IMG/VR virus record: IMGVR_UViG_3300014208_000090
Location: 1 to 35,306 of that record
DNA length: 35,306 nt
Reading direction: 5' to 3' (one strand)
Origin: a virus
Lineage: Duplodnaviria; Caudoviricetes
The translations under genes and the position numbers were made by a program. The notes beneath the pieces were generated by a model that was not told the origin of the DNA, made no database searches, and saw only the letters and a program-made list of their open reading frames with translations. How positions within the stretch are numbered: position 1 is the stretch's first letter; each line of letters opens with the position of its first letter. Shown in pieces: positions 1 through 10,600 of this stretch.

Positions 1-1541
1 AAATTAGAATATCTTTCTGTTCTATAATATTCAACACGATCATAAGTTCCTTCATTGTTTCCACAACTATTATAAACTCGAACTCTATGACCTAAAGCAG
101 CTAGTCTCTTAGCAAGCTCCATTAACATTGTTTCACTTCCACCAATTCCAAATTGTTTTACAGTTGAAGGCGTCCAAATTTCAACTCCATTTCCTGCAAA
201 AAATATAATATCAAGTTTTCCATCAATTATTTTAGGAACTTCTTCTATTAATTTATCTGATGATTTAATTGGCTTATCTATATTTTGATTGAGTGCTTTT
301 TTACTTAAAATATCTGCTATTAAAGTTGCAGATGATTCATTTAGTTCTCCAATATCTTTTAAAGCATTAATAGATTCAGAAATTTTACGATTTAATAGGC
401 TAACCTCATAAAGACGCTTATTTAACAAAAGTCCGGGCTCATTTGGTTCATACTTCAGTCCACTTTTTACGCTTTTCAAAGCTTCTTCAACTTTGCCGAG
501 TTTATTTAGAGCAAAATTATAGTATTTATGAATCTCATATTCTCTATCTGCAGGATTTATAAACAAAAGAGTCTTTGTTTGTGGGCGAGATAATCCATAT
601 TTAATAAAGTGAACACATCTTTCCCAATTACGTCGCTCATTTCTTCCGCCTTGTTGTGCTAAATAGTAAAAAATTTTACCTAAAGCAAGATAACCTTCTG
701 CCCAAGTCTCTTGGATTGCAATTGTTTTGAATGCCCATTTAAGAGCGGACTCATAATCTCCTCGCATTTGATAAATATCAATCATTTTTAAACTAGCCAT
801 TGCTCGTTCATCATCCCAACCAGAAACATCTATGTATTTTGATAAATGTTCAATGGCTTCATCCATCAGATTATTATTAAAACACTCAAGTCCTAAATAA
901 TATAGTTGGCGAGGATCAGAATCACCATATTTCTCAAAATATGCTCTTAATATTCGCAAATTACGACCAGGTTCTTGTGGTTTCGTGCTAAGATGTCTTT
1001 GGTGTTTAAACAATACATCTTCTACAATTTGATAACTACAACCTGGATCTTTATTTATAAGAATTTCATGAACAGGATTTACCCACTTAAACTGATTTTT
1101 ATTATAAACCAATCTTTCTCTATAATGATAACATGTACATCGATTATTATTATCATAAGAATATTCATATGGAAACATTAAAGCTATCGATTTATTCTTG
1201 CCAGGAAAATATTGCTTAGTTAGCTCTAATAATTTATCTCCTCCAACTATAAGATCATCAGCATCACACCACATCACCCAAGGTTGGGTGGCTAAATCAA
1301 AAGATCTAGTTCTGGCGTCTGAAAAACTCTCAATTAGTCCGGTTTTTGGATTATTACAGTCTGTATATAACTCAAAAATATTAGCATACTTTTTTGCTAC
1401 ATCGATAACTGATTGGTTTGTTGAACCAGTATCTATAATAACTATTTCTGTAATATAATCTTTTATAGAATTTAAGCAATTTTCTAATAATGGCTCATCT
1501 TTAACAATCAAACATAATGAAATTGGAGCTTTTTCAATCAT
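1..1541 (-). CDS. Multidomain glycosyltransferase (GT2 + TPR repeats + start of a GT4-like domain), 3'-truncated by window edge
   Basis: Not in the ORF track. Hand translation from ATG at 1541: MIEKAPISLCLIVKDEPLLENCLNSIKDYITEIVIIDTGST...FSDARTRSFDLATQPWVMWCDADD (DXD)...FKWVNPVHE...DPRQLYYLGLE (TPR-like)...IGGSETMLMELAKRLAALGHRVRVY (GT4 N-terminal-like). The last codons checked stay in frame to the edge. Confidence 0.88.
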   Translation of the reverse strand, partial: MIEKAPISLCLIVKDEPLLENCLNSIKDYITEIVIIDTGSTNQSVIDVAKKYANIFELYTDCNNPKTGLIESFSDARTRSFDLATQPWVMWCDADDLIVGGDKLLELTKQYFPGKNKSIALMFPYEYSYDNNNRCTCYHYRERLVYNKNQFKWVNPVHEILINKDPGCSYQIVEDVLFKHQRHLSTKPQEPGRNLRILRAYFEKYGDSDPRQLYYLGLECFNNNLMDEAIEHLSKYIDVSGWDDERAMASLKMIDIYQMRGDYESALKWAFKTIAIQETWAEGYLALGKIFYYLAQQGGRNERRNWERCVHFIKYGLSRPQTKTLLFINPADREYEIHKYYNFALNKLGKVEEALKSVKSGLKYEPNEPGLLLNKRLYEVSLLNRKISESINALKDIGELNESSATLIADILSKKALNQNIDKPIKSSDKLIEEVPKIIDGKLDIIFFAGNGVEIWTPSTVKQFGIGGSETMLMELAKRLAALGHRVRVYNSCGNNEGTYDRVEYYRTERYSN

Positions 1542-1577
1542 TATCTTTCTCTTTCTTTAACGATTATATATCCACAA

Positions 1578-2570
1578 TCAAGAATTGTTCGAATCTAACC
1601 AAAAAGCAGGCATTCCGCTTGCCCATGCACCTAATGTGCTTGGAACGGCTGGATCTGGCAGTGCTCCCGTACTTGCTCCTATATCAAAAAGTTGAAAATT
1701 ATTATAATCATTATCTGCGTCTAATGATGCTGGCCAATTTTGAGGAGCATCGGGTAATTGTCCACTTGCTTCTGTAGATACTGATGGTCCCATACATAAA
1801 ATTCCTGCTGTAGTACCAGTTGAGTCTACAGAACAAGAAATAAAATATAAAGTTCCTGCAGTTAAAGACAACCCAATATTATCTCCAAACGATCCCCATG
1901 TATTAGCTGCCGTACTAAAATTAAAATCATCAGTTAATCTCGCCAAATCAGAATATCTATAAATTGCTGCATGATATATAGTGGTTGTATCTCCAACTCC
2001 ATAAAACCTAATCTTGTTTACGGTTAAATTAAATGGCAATCTAAAAAAACAAGATCTTCCCTTTGAAGTACTAATTTGTGTTGGAGTGGCAGATACTACG
2101 CCATGCGTTTGACACGCAGATAATAATTCATTTGGATCGCCTTGTCCAAAAGCGCCAGCAATTACTCCATAATAAGAAGGAACTGAATCACCACCAGATG
2201 CCAAAACCGTACTTAGTCCACTATCATTAATAAAAACAGATCTTCCAGGACCTAAATTATCATTGTATAGTTCTATTGTGGCTCCCCCACTAATTACATG
2301 CTGTACAATTACATATCCATCTTTACCATAACCATCAGTATATGATCCTTTATTTCGTATTCTAATAGATTTTATCTTTCTTATTTTACCGGAATCTGGC
2401 GAACTAACTATAGTAGTTGTTGTGGCTGTAGTAATTGCAGTATTCGTTCTTAATAATGTTGTAGCTTCTGTTGATATATTTAAATCAATATAAGAGGCAT
2501 ATACATCAATTAATGTTGTAGTTTCTGTTTTTATTTTAATTTCATCAGTTGATGCTAAAATTATTGACAT
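1578..2570 (-). CDS. Tandem paralog 6 of 6, putative virion fibre-associated beta-rich protein
   Basis: 330 aa. Family motifs NTAITTATTTTIV, FRLPFNLTVNKIRFYG, IYRYSD and C-terminal GMPAFWLDS. AAGG upstream. Confidence 0.75.
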   Translation of the reverse strand: MSIILASTDEIKIKTETTTLIDVYASYIDLNISTEATTLLRTNTAITTATTTTIVSSPDSGKIRKIKSIRIRNKGSYTDGYGKDGYVIVQHVISGGATIELYNDNLGPGRSVFINDSGLSTVLASGGDSVPSYYGVIAGAFGQGDPNELLSACQTHGVVSATPTQISTSKGRSCFFRLPFNLTVNKIRFYGVGDTTTIYHAAIYRYSDLARLTDDFNFSTAANTWGSFGDNIGLSLTAGTLYFISCSVDSTGTTAGILCMGPSVSTEASGQLPDAPQNWPASLDADNDYNNFQLFDIGASTGALPDPAVPSTLGAWASGMPAFWLDSNNS

Positions 2571-2578
2571 AATATACC

Positions 2579-3577
2579 TTATCCATTATTTGAATCTAAC
2601 CAAAAAGCAGGCATTCCCCCTGTCCATGCAGCCTGTGCTACTAATTCTGCTGCAGGATCAGGTAATGCGCCGGTAGTTACTGCAAATTGAAAATTATATG
2701 AGTATAAATATCCATTATCTGCATCCAATGAAACGGGTAAAGACTGTGGTGCTGATTGAATTTGACCAGTTGTCGCAGTAACAGTTGCTCCCATACACAA
2801 AACACCTGCCGTAGTACCCGTTGTATCTACAGAACATGCCATAAAATATAATATGCCTGTAGCCAAAGATAATCCAATATTGTTTCCAATAATTCCCCAC
2901 GTATTTGCTGCCGTACTAAAAGTATAATCAGCAGTTAGTCTTGCCAAATCAGAGTATCTATAAATAGCTACATGATAAATATCTGTCGTATCTCCTACAC
3001 CATAATAACGAATTTTATTTACTGTTAAATCAAAAGGTAATCTAAAAAAACAGCACCTTGCTATTGATGTGCCAATATTTGTTGGCGTTGCAGATACTAC
3101 TCCATTATTTTGACACATTGATAATAATGTATTAGGATTTCCACAACCAAACGCCCCCACAATTACTCCATAATAAGATGGTGTTATCTCTCCTCCTGAT
3201 GATAAATATGAAACATCTAAATTTTCATTTATAAATAATGATTTACCAGGACCTAAATTGTCATTAAATAATTGAATTGTATTTCCACCTGATGTAACCT
3301 GTTCAAGAAGCACATAACCATCAACATCTGTAAGATAACCATCTGTTAAAGAACATTTGTTTCGTATTCTAATAGATTTTATCTTTCTTATTTTTCCAGA
3401 ATCTGGAGAGCTGACTATAGTAGTTGTTGTGGCTGTAGTAATTGCAGTGTTTGTTCTTGAAGGAGTAGCAGTTTCTGTCGATGTGTTTAAATCAATATAT
3501 GAAGCATGAACATCAAGAATCAATGCTGCACTGGTTGATATTTGTAATGTATCTGTTGATGTTAAAAAAAACGACAT
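2579..3577 (-). CDS. Tandem paralog 5 of 6
   Basis: 332 aa, same family motifs, AAGGA upstream of ATG. Confidence 0.75.
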   Translation of the reverse strand: MSFFLTSTDTLQISTSAALILDVHASYIDLNTSTETATPSRTNTAITTATTTTIVSSPDSGKIRKIKSIRIRNKCSLTDGYLTDVDGYVLLEQVTSGGNTIQLFNDNLGPGKSLFINENLDVSYLSSGGEITPSYYGVIVGAFGCGNPNTLLSMCQNNGVVSATPTNIGTSIARCCFFRLPFDLTVNKIRYYGVGDTTDIYHVAIYRYSDLARLTADYTFSTAANTWGIIGNNIGLSLATGILYFMACSVDTTGTTAGVLCMGATVTATTGQIQSAPQSLPVSLDADNGYLYSYNFQFAVTTGALPDPAAELVAQAAWTGGMPAFWLDSNNG

Positions 3578-3585
3578 TTCATCCT

Positions 3586-4581
3586 TTAATCTAAACTAGA
3601 ATCTAACCAAAAAGCAGGCATTCCGCCTGTCCATGCAGCCTGTGCAGCCAATGTTGCAGCAGGATCTGGTAATACTCCATCAGTTACTGCAAATTGAAAA
3701 TTATAACTATCAATATATCCACTATCTACATCTAATGATCCCGGAAGAGATTGTGGAGCTGCCTGTATTTGACCTGTAGTCGCCGCAACTGTTGGTCCAA
3801 ATGCCACAACATAAGCATCTGCACTATAAGCAATTACCGTAACTGCTATAAAATATAAGATATCCTTATACAGCTCTAATTCTAAATTTTCTGAACCGGC
3901 AAATCCAAATTCATTTGATGTTAATCCATATTGATTACTAACTATTAATGAATCGGTTAGTCTTTTCTTATCAGAATATCTATAAATAGCAACACGAAAA
4001 TTGTCTGATTGTCCAGCAACAGATAATATCATTCTAATTTTTCTAACTGTTAAATCAAACGGCAATCTAAATAAGCAACATCTGGCAATAGATGTTGTTA
4101 TATTCGCTTGAGTGGGAGAGACTATACCATTAGTTTGAATCATCTCAAATAATGTGTTAGGATTACCATCTCCATATGCCGCCGCAACTATTCCATAATA
4201 AGATGGAGCGTCTCTACCAGATAATGGTAATGGAGTAATATCTCCATTTTTATTTATAATTAATTCATCTCCCGCTTCTAATGTTCTTTTATCTAATTCT
4301 ACTGCAGTACTACCGTCTGTATGTTTTAGTGTTATTATACAATTACTTGTAATATGTTTGTTTTTTATGTGAATAAATGTTACGTCTCTAATAATATTAG
4401 AACTCGGAGAAGAAACTATTGTCGTAGTGGTTGCTGTAGTAATGTTTGTACTTGTTCTTCCTGGAGTTATCTTATTGGTTGATGTATTTAAATCATTATA
4501 ACAAGCAAATACATCAATAGTTACAGCCGTTTCTGTAATAAGAGAAATTAAATCGTTTGTGCTTGTAAGAAATATTGCCAT
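3586..4581 (-). CDS. Tandem paralog 4 of 6
   Basis: 331 aa, same family motifs, lacks the DGY loop. Confidence 0.75.
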   Translation of the reverse strand: MAIFLTSTNDLISLITETAVTIDVFACYNDLNTSTNKITPGRTSTNITTATTTTIVSSPSSNIIRDVTFIHIKNKHITSNCIITLKHTDGSTAVELDKRTLEAGDELIINKNGDITPLPLSGRDAPSYYGIVAAAYGDGNPNTLFEMIQTNGIVSPTQANITTSIARCCLFRLPFDLTVRKIRMILSVAGQSDNFRVAIYRYSDKKRLTDSLIVSNQYGLTSNEFGFAGSENLELELYKDILYFIAVTVIAYSADAYVVAFGPTVAATTGQIQAAPQSLPGSLDVDSGYIDSYNFQFAVTDGVLPDPAATLAAQAAWTGGMPAFWLDSSLD

Positions 4582-4590
4582 ATTAGTGCC

Positions 4591-5577
4591 TTAGCTATTA
4601 TCTGAATCCAACCAAAACGCGGGCATACCGCCTGTCCAAGCATCTTGTGCCGCCAAAGTCGGTGCAGGATCTGGTAACACGCCATTTGTTACTGCAAATT
4701 GGAAATTATATGTAGTAATAAATGGACCGTCAGCGCTTAATGACCCTGGTAAAGATTGTGGCACTGTTTGTATTTGTCCGGTTGTTGCTGCAACAGTAGC
4801 TCCCGATGCAATTGGTCCGTAATCAGTGCCAGAAGAATCGGTAACTGATACTGCTATAAAATATAAAACATCTTTCGAAAGTTCTAATCCCAAACTGTCT
4901 TGATTGCCAGCATATCCCCACACATAAAGTATAGATGATAATTCAAGCTGATCAGTTAGCCTTTTTTTATCAGAATATCTATAAATTGCTGTTCTAAATG
5001 CATTGTTGGCGTATCCGGTTCCATAAAATCTAATCTTATTTACTGTCAAATCAAATGGTAACCTAAATAAACAGCACCTAGCAATAGATGTTGTTATATT
5101 TGTTGGAGTTGGCGTTGCCACACCTTGCGTTTGTACCATTTTCATTAATCTATTTGGCTCACCGTCTCCATATGCTCCTGCAATAATTCCATAATATGAA
5201 GGCGTGTCTTTTCCGTCCAATGGCAATGGCGTAATTTCTCCGTTTTCATTTATATTTATAGAATCTCCAGCATATAATGTCCTTTTATCTAGCTCAATAA
5301 CAGTTGTACCATCAGTATGTTGTAATGTTACTATACAACTACTTGTGGCATGTTTGTTTTTTATGTTTATATTTTTTATTTTTCTAACTATATTAGACCC
5401 TGGAGCACTTACTATAGTAGTAGTTGTTGCTGTTGTAATTGCAGAATTGCTTCTGCCAGGTGTCATAGTATTATCTGTAGTGTCTAAATCATCATAACCA
5501 ACATAAACATCAATAGTTACGGCAGATTCTGTTATAAGATATATTAAATCATTTGTACTTGTAAGAAATATTGACAT
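4591..5577 (-). CDS. Tandem paralog 3 of 6
   Basis: 328 aa, same family motifs, lacks the DGY loop. Confidence 0.75.
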   Translation of the reverse strand: MSIFLTSTNDLIYLITESAVTIDVYVGYDDLDTTDNTMTPGRSNSAITTATTTTIVSAPGSNIVRKIKNINIKNKHATSSCIVTLQHTDGTTVIELDKRTLYAGDSININENGEITPLPLDGKDTPSYYGIIAGAYGDGEPNRLMKMVQTQGVATPTPTNITTSIARCCLFRLPFDLTVNKIRFYGTGYANNAFRTAIYRYSDKKRLTDQLELSSILYVWGYAGNQDSLGLELSKDVLYFIAVSVTDSSGTDYGPIASGATVAATTGQIQTVPQSLPGSLSADGPFITTYNFQFAVTNGVLPDPAPTLAAQDAWTGGMPAFWLDSDNS

Positions 5578-5585
5578 TTAACACC

Positions 5586-6650
5586 TTAACTATTATCCGA
5601 ATCAAGCCAAAAAGCAGGTATTCCGCCAGACCATGCGCCTTGTCCTTTTATAATATCTATTGTTGCTGGATTAACAAGTCCACCAGCCAAAAAACTTACT
5701 GTCATTTGAAATAAATATGATTGTATGTTTCCATTATCAATACCTAAAGAACCTGCCATTTTTTTATCACCAGGAATAACCGCAATAGCACCGGTTTGTG
5801 ATGTATACGATGATCCAGAACTAAATGTTAAGATGCCCGCAGTTGTTCCTGTTGAATCTACACCACATGCCATAAAATATAATGTATTGGCGGTTAAAGA
5901 TAGTCCAAGATTATCTCCAATACTTCCCCATGTATTTGCTGCTGTATCAAAATTAAAATCATCAGTTAATCTCACAAGATCTGAAAATCTGTAAAGTGCA
6001 GCATGATATATAGCTGTGGTTGCGCCAACACCATAGAACCTAATTTTATTTACTGTCATATTAAATGGTAATCTGAAAAAAGAACATCTAGCAACTGTAA
6101 CGGTTATAAATGTTGGTGTCGCCGCACCAACACCATTATTCTGACACATAGATAATAATTTACTTGGATCACCGTCTCCATACGCCCCAGCAATAACTCC
6201 ATAATGTGTAGGCTTAGTTATTACATAAGAAGATGGTGCCGGTATTCTATTATATTCATCTCCTATTACTATAGAATCTCCAGGTCCTAAATTCCTTTTA
6301 TCTAATTGTACTATAGTAGATCCGTCTGTATGCTGAACAGTTACCATACAACTATATCCATCGCCCAAACCAAATCCACTTTCACCATATGCATATCCGT
6401 CTCCTCCGTCATATCCATCTATATTCTTAATTCTTATAAATTTGATTTTTCTAACTATATTTGATGAGGGAGATCCTATTATAGTAGTAGTTGTTGCAGA
6501 AGTTATAGAAGTATTTGTTCTTCCAGGAGTCATACTATTTGTTGATGTATTTAAATCAACATAACTTGCATATACATCAATGGATATATCTAAACTTGAT
6601 TCAGTAATTAAGTTTATTAAATCATTTGTGCTGGCAAGAAATATTGACAT
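5586..6650 (-). CDS. Tandem paralog 2 of 6
   Basis: Start moved to ATG 6650 (MSIFLASTND) because GAGGA lies 5 nt upstream and this matches the paralog N-termini. Confidence 0.75.
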   Translation of the reverse strand: MSIFLASTNDLINLITESSLDISIDVYASYVDLNTSTNSMTPGRTNTSITSATTTTIIGSPSSNIVRKIKFIRIKNIDGYDGGDGYAYGESGFGLGDGYSCMVTVQHTDGSTIVQLDKRNLGPGDSIVIGDEYNRIPAPSSYVITKPTHYGVIAGAYGDGDPSKLLSMCQNNGVGAATPTFITVTVARCSFFRLPFNMTVNKIRFYGVGATTAIYHAALYRFSDLVRLTDDFNFDTAANTWGSIGDNLGLSLTANTLYFMACGVDSTGTTAGILTFSSGSSYTSQTGAIAVIPGDKKMAGSLGIDNGNIQSYLFQMTVSFLAGGLVNPATIDIIKGQGAWSGGIPAFWLDSDNS

Positions 6651-6658
6651 TATTATCC

Positions 6659-7678
6659 TCAAACTGAATCAAGCCAAAACGCGGGCATTCCGCCAGTCCA
6701 GTTTGCTTGATAGATTAGATCTGTGGCTGTTGCTGGCATTGTTCCGTCAGAAGTTGTTAAAGCAAAACAATATGTATTAATATGTCCAAATTTAGGATTT
6801 AATGACCCAGGGAGAGATAATGGGCTGGTTAATATTCTTCCATTTCCAAGTGTACCAGTTACAGATGTACTAAGACATGTAATGCCTGCTCCAATAGAAT
6901 TTGTATCGGTTGTACAGGCAATAAAATATAAAATATTCTTATCTAAAGTTATTGGTGTGCCAAGTGTTGTTGACCCCCAATTTGATGCAGAAAAAGTCAA
7001 CGAAATATCATCAGTTAATCTTGTCAAATCAGAATATCTATAAATTGCGACATGATAATAACTGGTAAAAGCAGTTATTCCATAAAAACGTATTTTTGCA
7101 ACAGTTAAATTGGCTGGTAACTTAAAAAAACAACATCTGGCGTTTCTGCCCATTTCTGAAGGAGTGGGTGTTGTTACTCCGTTTGTTTCAACCATCGCGA
7201 CTAACTTTCCAGGATCACCGTCTCCAAATGCTCCAGCAACATGACCATAATATGATGGATATACATTAGTTATAAAATCAGATGGGGTTGGTATTCTATC
7301 AAAATCATCTCCTATTACTATAGAATCTCCAGGTCCCAAATTTCTCTTATCTAATTGTACTATAGTAGACCCGTCTGTATGTTGAACAGTTACATTGCAG
7401 CTATAGCCGTCTCCTGTTCCATATCCATATCCATCATTGCTATCATATCCGTCTATATTTTTGATAAATATACTTTTAGTTTTTCTAACAAGTCCACTTG
7501 CTGGAGCATCAACTATTGTCGTAGTGGTTGCTGTAGTAATTTTTGTATTTTTTCTGCCAGGAGTAACTGCATTTGTCGAACTATTTAAATCAATATAACT
7601 CGCATAAACATCAAGGCTTACAGCGTTGCCTGTAATTACTTGTATTAAATCGTTTGTGCTGGCTAAAAATACTGACAT
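6659..7678 (-). CDS. Tandem paralog 1 of 6
   Basis: Start moved to ATG 7678 ([10 protein letters not shown]), which overlaps the collagen stop as TAATG. Confidence 0.75.
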   Translation of the reverse strand: MSVFLASTNDLIQVITGNAVSLDVYASYIDLNSSTNAVTPGRKNTKITTATTTTIVDAPASGLVRKTKSIFIKNIDGYDSNDGYGYGTGDGYSCNVTVQHTDGSTIVQLDKRNLGPGDSIVIGDDFDRIPTPSDFITNVYPSYYGHVAGAFGDGDPGKLVAMVETNGVTTPTPSEMGRNARCCFFKLPANLTVAKIRFYGITAFTSYYHVAIYRYSDLTRLTDDISLTFSASNWGSTTLGTPITLDKNILYFIACTTDTNSIGAGITCLSTSVTGTLGNGRILTSPLSLPGSLNPKFGHINTYCFALTTSDGTMPATATDLIYQANWTGGMPAFWLDSV

Positions 7679-10600
7679 TATAACCAACTTTCTATATAAT
7701 ACAATACTTGACCCACAGGTCCGGTAGCTCCAGTAACTCCTTGTGGACCAGTTACTCCCTGCGGTCCAGTGGGTCCTGTTGCCCCCGTAACTCCTTGTGG
7801 TCCAATTGGTCCCGTCGCACCGGTTACACCATCGGCTCCTTGAGGACCTGTTGCACCAGTGACTCCTTGAGGACCTATTGGTCCTGTTGCACCTGTAACT
7901 CCATCCGCTCCGATAGGTCCAGTTGCACCAGTAACTCCATCTTGACCTTGAGGACCAGTAGCGCCGGTTACACCTTGAGGTCCAATAGGTCCTGTTGCAC
8001 CTGTTACGCCATCAACTCCCTGAGGACCTTCAGGTCCGGTAGCACCAGTAACTCCGTCAGTTCCTATAGGACCTGTCGCTCCTGTAACACCATCTTGACC
8101 AATTGGTCCAGTTGCTCCAGTTACGCCGTCAGTTCCAATAGGTCCTGTTGCCCCAGTCACACCGTCTGCGCCAATAGGACCCGTGGCACCTGTTACGCCA
8201 TCTTGACCTACAGGTCCCGTAGCACCAGTAACCCCTTGTGGACCGATAGGTCCTGTAGCTCCGGTTACTCCATCTTGACCGATTGGTCCAGTTGTTCCTG
8301 TAACTCCGTCTGCTCCTACTGGACCAGTGGCTCCAGTTACGCCTTGCTCGCCTTGAGGACCAGTCGCACCTGTAACACCAGTTACTCCAGGAGACCCCTG
8401 ATTACCTTGTGGTCCTGTTGCGCCAGTAACACCGTCAGTTCCTTGCGGTCCTTCTGGACCGGTAGCACCCGTTACGCCATCTTGACCTTGAGGTCCAGTT
8501 GCTCCGGTAACTCCATCTGCACCTACAGGACCGGTTGCTCCAGTAACTCCGTCAGCGCCTACAGGTCCAGTTGCTCCAGTTACGCCTTGAGGACCTATTG
8601 GTCCTGTAGCACCAGTTACGCCATCTGCACCTTGAGGTCCTGTTGCGCCTGTAACTCCGTCTTGTCCTTGAGGTCCTGTAGCTCCCGTAACTCCATCAGT
8701 TCCCTGTGGTCCAGTAGCGCCTGTAACACCTGTTACTCCAGGAGATCCCTGATTGCCTTGCGGACCTGTCACTCCAGTAACGCCATCTATTCCCTGAGGT
8801 CCTTGAGGTCCAGTAGCGCCAGTAACTCCATCTTCACCCTGGGGACCTGTTGCTCCTGTTACACCGTCAGCTCCAACAGGACCGGTAGCTCCAGTAACTC
8901 CGTCAGCCCCTACAGGTCCAGTAGCCCCTGTAACACCGTCAGCTCCTTGAGGTCCAGTAGCTCCAGTTACACCATCAGCACCTACAGGTCCAGTAGCCCC
9001 TGTAACACCATCAGCTCCAACAGGTCCAGTAGCACCTGTAACTCCTTGAGGTCCAATAGGTCCGGTCGCTCCAGTTACACCATCTTGACCCTGTGGTCCA
9101 GTAGCTCCAGTAACTCCGTCTTGTCCCTGTGGACCAGTGGCTCCCGTTACGCCATCTGCTCCAATAGGACCAGTAGCACCGGTTACTCCCTGAGGTCCAA
9201 TTGGTCCTGTTGCTCCTGTTACACCGTCTGTTCCTTGCGGTCCTTCAGGACCAGTTGCTCCTGTAACTCCGTCCGCTCCTTGAGGTCCCGTTGCTCCTGT
9301 AGCACCATCAGCGCCTACAGGTCCAGTAGCACCAGTAACTCCAGTAACACCGGGAGATCCCTGGTTGCCTTGTGGACCAGTAGCGCCTGTAACTCCATCA
9401 GCTCCTACAGGTCCTGTAGCGCCTGTAACTCCTTGTGGTCCGATAGGTCCAGTTGCTCCAGTAACACCAGGAGATCCTTGATTGCCTTGCGGACCTGTAG
9501 CTCCTGTAATTCCTGTTGCTTTATCTAAAATCTCTAATGCAATTTGAACGTCAGTAGCTGTTGCCCCAAGAATAGTGGTAAAATTAGTTGTATCAACAGA
9601 TATTGCTGTCGCTGGATGTGAATTATCTGCATCTCTATTAGTTAATGAGTTATGATCTGTTGGAGAATAATTATTGATTGGTGCAGAAATGTCTGTCCTA
9701 TAATCTACAACATTTCTTAATGCAGAATATTTAACTGCAACGGAGTAAGTTGCTCTAAACTCATAAATCAATCTATATAATAACTTCATTTCTGGAGTTA
9801 TTAATCCAGTTGCAAATATTGTTGCGGGTGTGGCAGCCGTCTGGGCATTTGATAAACTGGTATAAATTGTACTATGAGGAATTGATACTATTGGATCATA
9901 AACATCATTTGATGCAAAAATCCATACAACAAAGAAATCAGTAGTGGGAACATCTGTTAGTTTCCATCCTGTTCCTCCACCAACATTTTCATTATATTGT
10001 GGATAATTGTTTGAAGAATTCCAAGGAAACGGGAATGAATCTACCGCTATTTTACGCCAAGCTGGAGTTAAGCCAAACTTATACAATACAGGTATTTGTC
10101 CAGGATTTGCCGGTAATGTTCCGCCTAGATTTTGTTCATATTGCGCACCACCAGTTCCATTAACAATTGTATGTTCCAGATCTTCATCGTCTACAATTCC
10201 GCCAGTCATAGATACGTATGTATTTGTACCATCTGCATTCGGAACACCAGCAATAGCATTAGATGATAATCCTAATCCAGATTCCCATCTCATACCAGCT
10301 GTGTCATGTAAATATTCATGAGTTGCATTGCTCATGTTAATACCGTGACGTTCATCGCCAAATATTGATGCAGCACCAGTATCATCTACATAAACTAATG
10401 CAATAACACAATCATTTAATAAATCTATTGAAGATCCCTCTGTACGATAACCATCTGCTGCAGCATAATAAACCCAATGCATACCAACAGTATTTGCTAT
10501 AGGAAGAGAATCTGTATTTTTGATATATTTGTTTCCGCCAGCATAAATTACAAAATTTGTACCAGTTATTGTAAATGTCAATCCTGATAATGATATTGTA

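Noticed and set aside
975-1777. Short plus-strand ORFs at 975, 1198 and 1517
   Set aside because: They lie antisense to the glycosyltransferase and paralog 6, which carry clear motifs.
2585-3730. Similar 3' ends of paralogs as a DGR template/variable repeat pair
   Set aside because: Differences are not adenine-specific, both copies are in intact genes and no reverse transcriptase is in the window.
7660-8015. Programmed -1 frameshift fusing collagen to paralog 1
   Set aside because: The -1 frame appears open for some distance, but I saw no X XXY YYZ slippery site. TAATG coupling explains the junction and recurs elsewhere in the window.
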